Made by a program: the position numbers and the translations under genes. A DNA stretch of 64,000 nucleotides from a virus (taxonomy: Duplodnaviria; Heunggongvirae; Uroviricota; Caudoviricetes), in IMG/VR virus record IMGVR_UViG_3300042562_001169; one strand, written 5' to 3'. Shown here in pieces: positions 63,067 to 64,000 of this stretch. Positions within the stretch are counted from its first letter, which is position 1; every line of letters begins with the position of its first letter. Below the pieces are notes generated by a model. That model was not told the origin of the DNA. It ran no database searches and worked only from the letters and a program-made list of their open reading frames with translations.

Positions 63067-63759
63067 ATGAGAGTTACATTTATAAGTGATACACACAACA
63101 AACACAAACAAGTCACACAGGATTTACCTGGTGGAGATTTACTAGTGCATAGTGGAGATTTAACATCTATGGGTTACGAACACGAAATCAGAGAGTTCTG
63201 TAAGTGGTTTAATAACATAGAAGGTTATACTCACAAGGTATTCATCGCCGGAAACCACGATTGGGGTTTTCAAGATAACGTTGACAAGGTAAAAGAGATA
63301 TTAGATTTCTACACCGGAATCACATATCTTCAAGATAGTGCATTGGTAATCAAAGTTGGGGATGAAAGAGAAGTAAAAATCTATGGTAGCCCTTGGCAAC
63401 CTTGGTTTCACGATTGGGCATTCAACTTACAAAAAAATGGTATGACGTTGGCAGGTAAATGGGAAGGAATCCCTGATGATACTGACATCTTACTTACTCA
63501 CGGACCAGCGTTCGGAATCTTAGACACTGTTGACGGTAGAAGATACGATAATTTAGGTTGTGAGTTATTATCTGAGAGATTAGAAAGATTAAACGTTAAA
63601 CTTCATAATGTTGGTCATATCCACACCGGATATGGTTACGTTAAAAAAGGGGACACACATCACTTTAACTCTGCGGTATTAGATGAGAGATACATCTACA
63701 CTCAAAAACCAATGACTGTTGATTGGAATCCGGATACAAACGAAGTAGAGTTTGTTTAA
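63067..63759 (+). CDS. calcineurin-like metallophosphoesterase
   Basis: FISDTHNKH, VHSGDLTSMG, IAGNHDW, LLTHGP, GHIHTGYG. Confidence 0.6.
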   Translation: MRVTFISDTHNKHKQVTQDLPGGDLLVHSGDLTSMGYEHEIREFCKWFNNIEGYTHKVFIAGNHDWGFQDNVDKVKEILDFYTGITYLQDSALVIKVGDEREVKIYGSPWQPWFHDWAFNLQKNGMTLAGKWEGIPDDTDILLTHGPAFGILDTVDGRRYDNLGCELLSERLERLNVKLHNVGHIHTGYGYVKKGDTHHFNSAVLDERYIYTQKPMTVDWNPDTNEVEFV

Positions 63760-63765
63760 TAAAAA

Positions 63766-63792
63766 ACCCCCTTAATTGGGGGTTTATTTTTT
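63766..63792. terminator. bidirectional rho-independent terminator
   Basis: aaaaaacccccttaattgggggtttatttttt. Confidence 0.7.
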
Positions 63793-63976
63793 AAGACATA
63801 ATCTGTTGTAACTTATTCATTATACGACCCTGTTCTTCTTGGAGTTGTCTAATTTTCAGTAACTGATTTGAATTTAGGTCGATACTCTCACCTTTAATTG
63901 AGGCGATTTCGTTAGACAGCTTATCAAAACTATAAGTTAATTGGCTGTACAATTGGGCTTTTTGGTCGTTGTTCAT
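63791..63976 (-). CDS. small coiled-coil protein
   Basis: ORF. Confidence 0.35.
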   Translation of the reverse strand: MNNDQKAQLYSQLTYSFDKLSNEIASIKGESIDLNSNQLLKIRQLQEEQGRIMNKLQQIMS

Positions 63977-64000
63977 ATCCCAATAATAAATAAGTAAATT

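Overview
This is a 64 kb, AT-rich (about 30% GC), very gene-dense stretch that looks like the early/accessory region of a large virulent bacteriophage. The host is probably in Bacteroidota. Evidence: repeated host-type promoter boxes (TTTG ... TAnnTTTG), Cys-lipobox lipoproteins, no Shine-Dalgarno sequences, and promoter -7 boxes sitting against the ATG (leaderless transcripts). Coding runs in alternating blocks of co-oriented, often translationally coupled small ORFs, punctuated by GC-rich rho-independent hairpins, several of them bidirectional.

Recognisable genes:
- Nucleotide metabolism and proteolysis: thymidylate synthase (long form with inserts), a canonical ClpP.
- Auxiliary metabolic and stress genes: methylglyoxal synthase, SlyD-type FKBP isomerase, nitroreductase, a flavodoxin-fold oxidoreductase, a RelA/SpoT-type HD (p)ppGpp-hydrolase-like protein, a minimal PTH2 peptidyl-tRNA hydrolase coupled to an Endo VII-like HNH protein.
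- Envelope and lipid genes: SPFH/band-7 lipoprotein, secreted Serratia-type non-specific endonuclease, GT2 glycosyltransferase, two calcineurin-like phosphoesterases (one LpxH-like), PlsC-type acyltransferase coupled to a 15-repeat 'NGVKET' protein, secreted GDSL hydrolase.
- Cell-wall enzymes: lytic transglycosylase, GH108-like protein, SprT-like zincin.

The dominant unexplained signal is a greatly expanded paralogous family of at least 30 small proteins in tandem arrays. They share a protein-level-conserved N-terminal segment (MK[IV][IL]ITE[SN][KQ]..., or the variants MNLNENIHRIHQMM and ...ILREE) and often a C-terminal W[FL]xxKYxLxV motif around a hypervariable core. The same N-terminal module is also fused to enzyme-like folds.

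The second unusual feature is a compositionally foreign, C-tract-rich island at about 29.7-36 kb. It contains long ORF-free structured DNA, a G-quadruplex-capable tract, and a 3-gene cassette (candidate PD-(D/E)xK nuclease, lipoprotein, unknown) bracketed by a 43-bp GC-rich direct repeat.

No rRNA, tRNA, CRISPR array, integrase or transposase was recognised.
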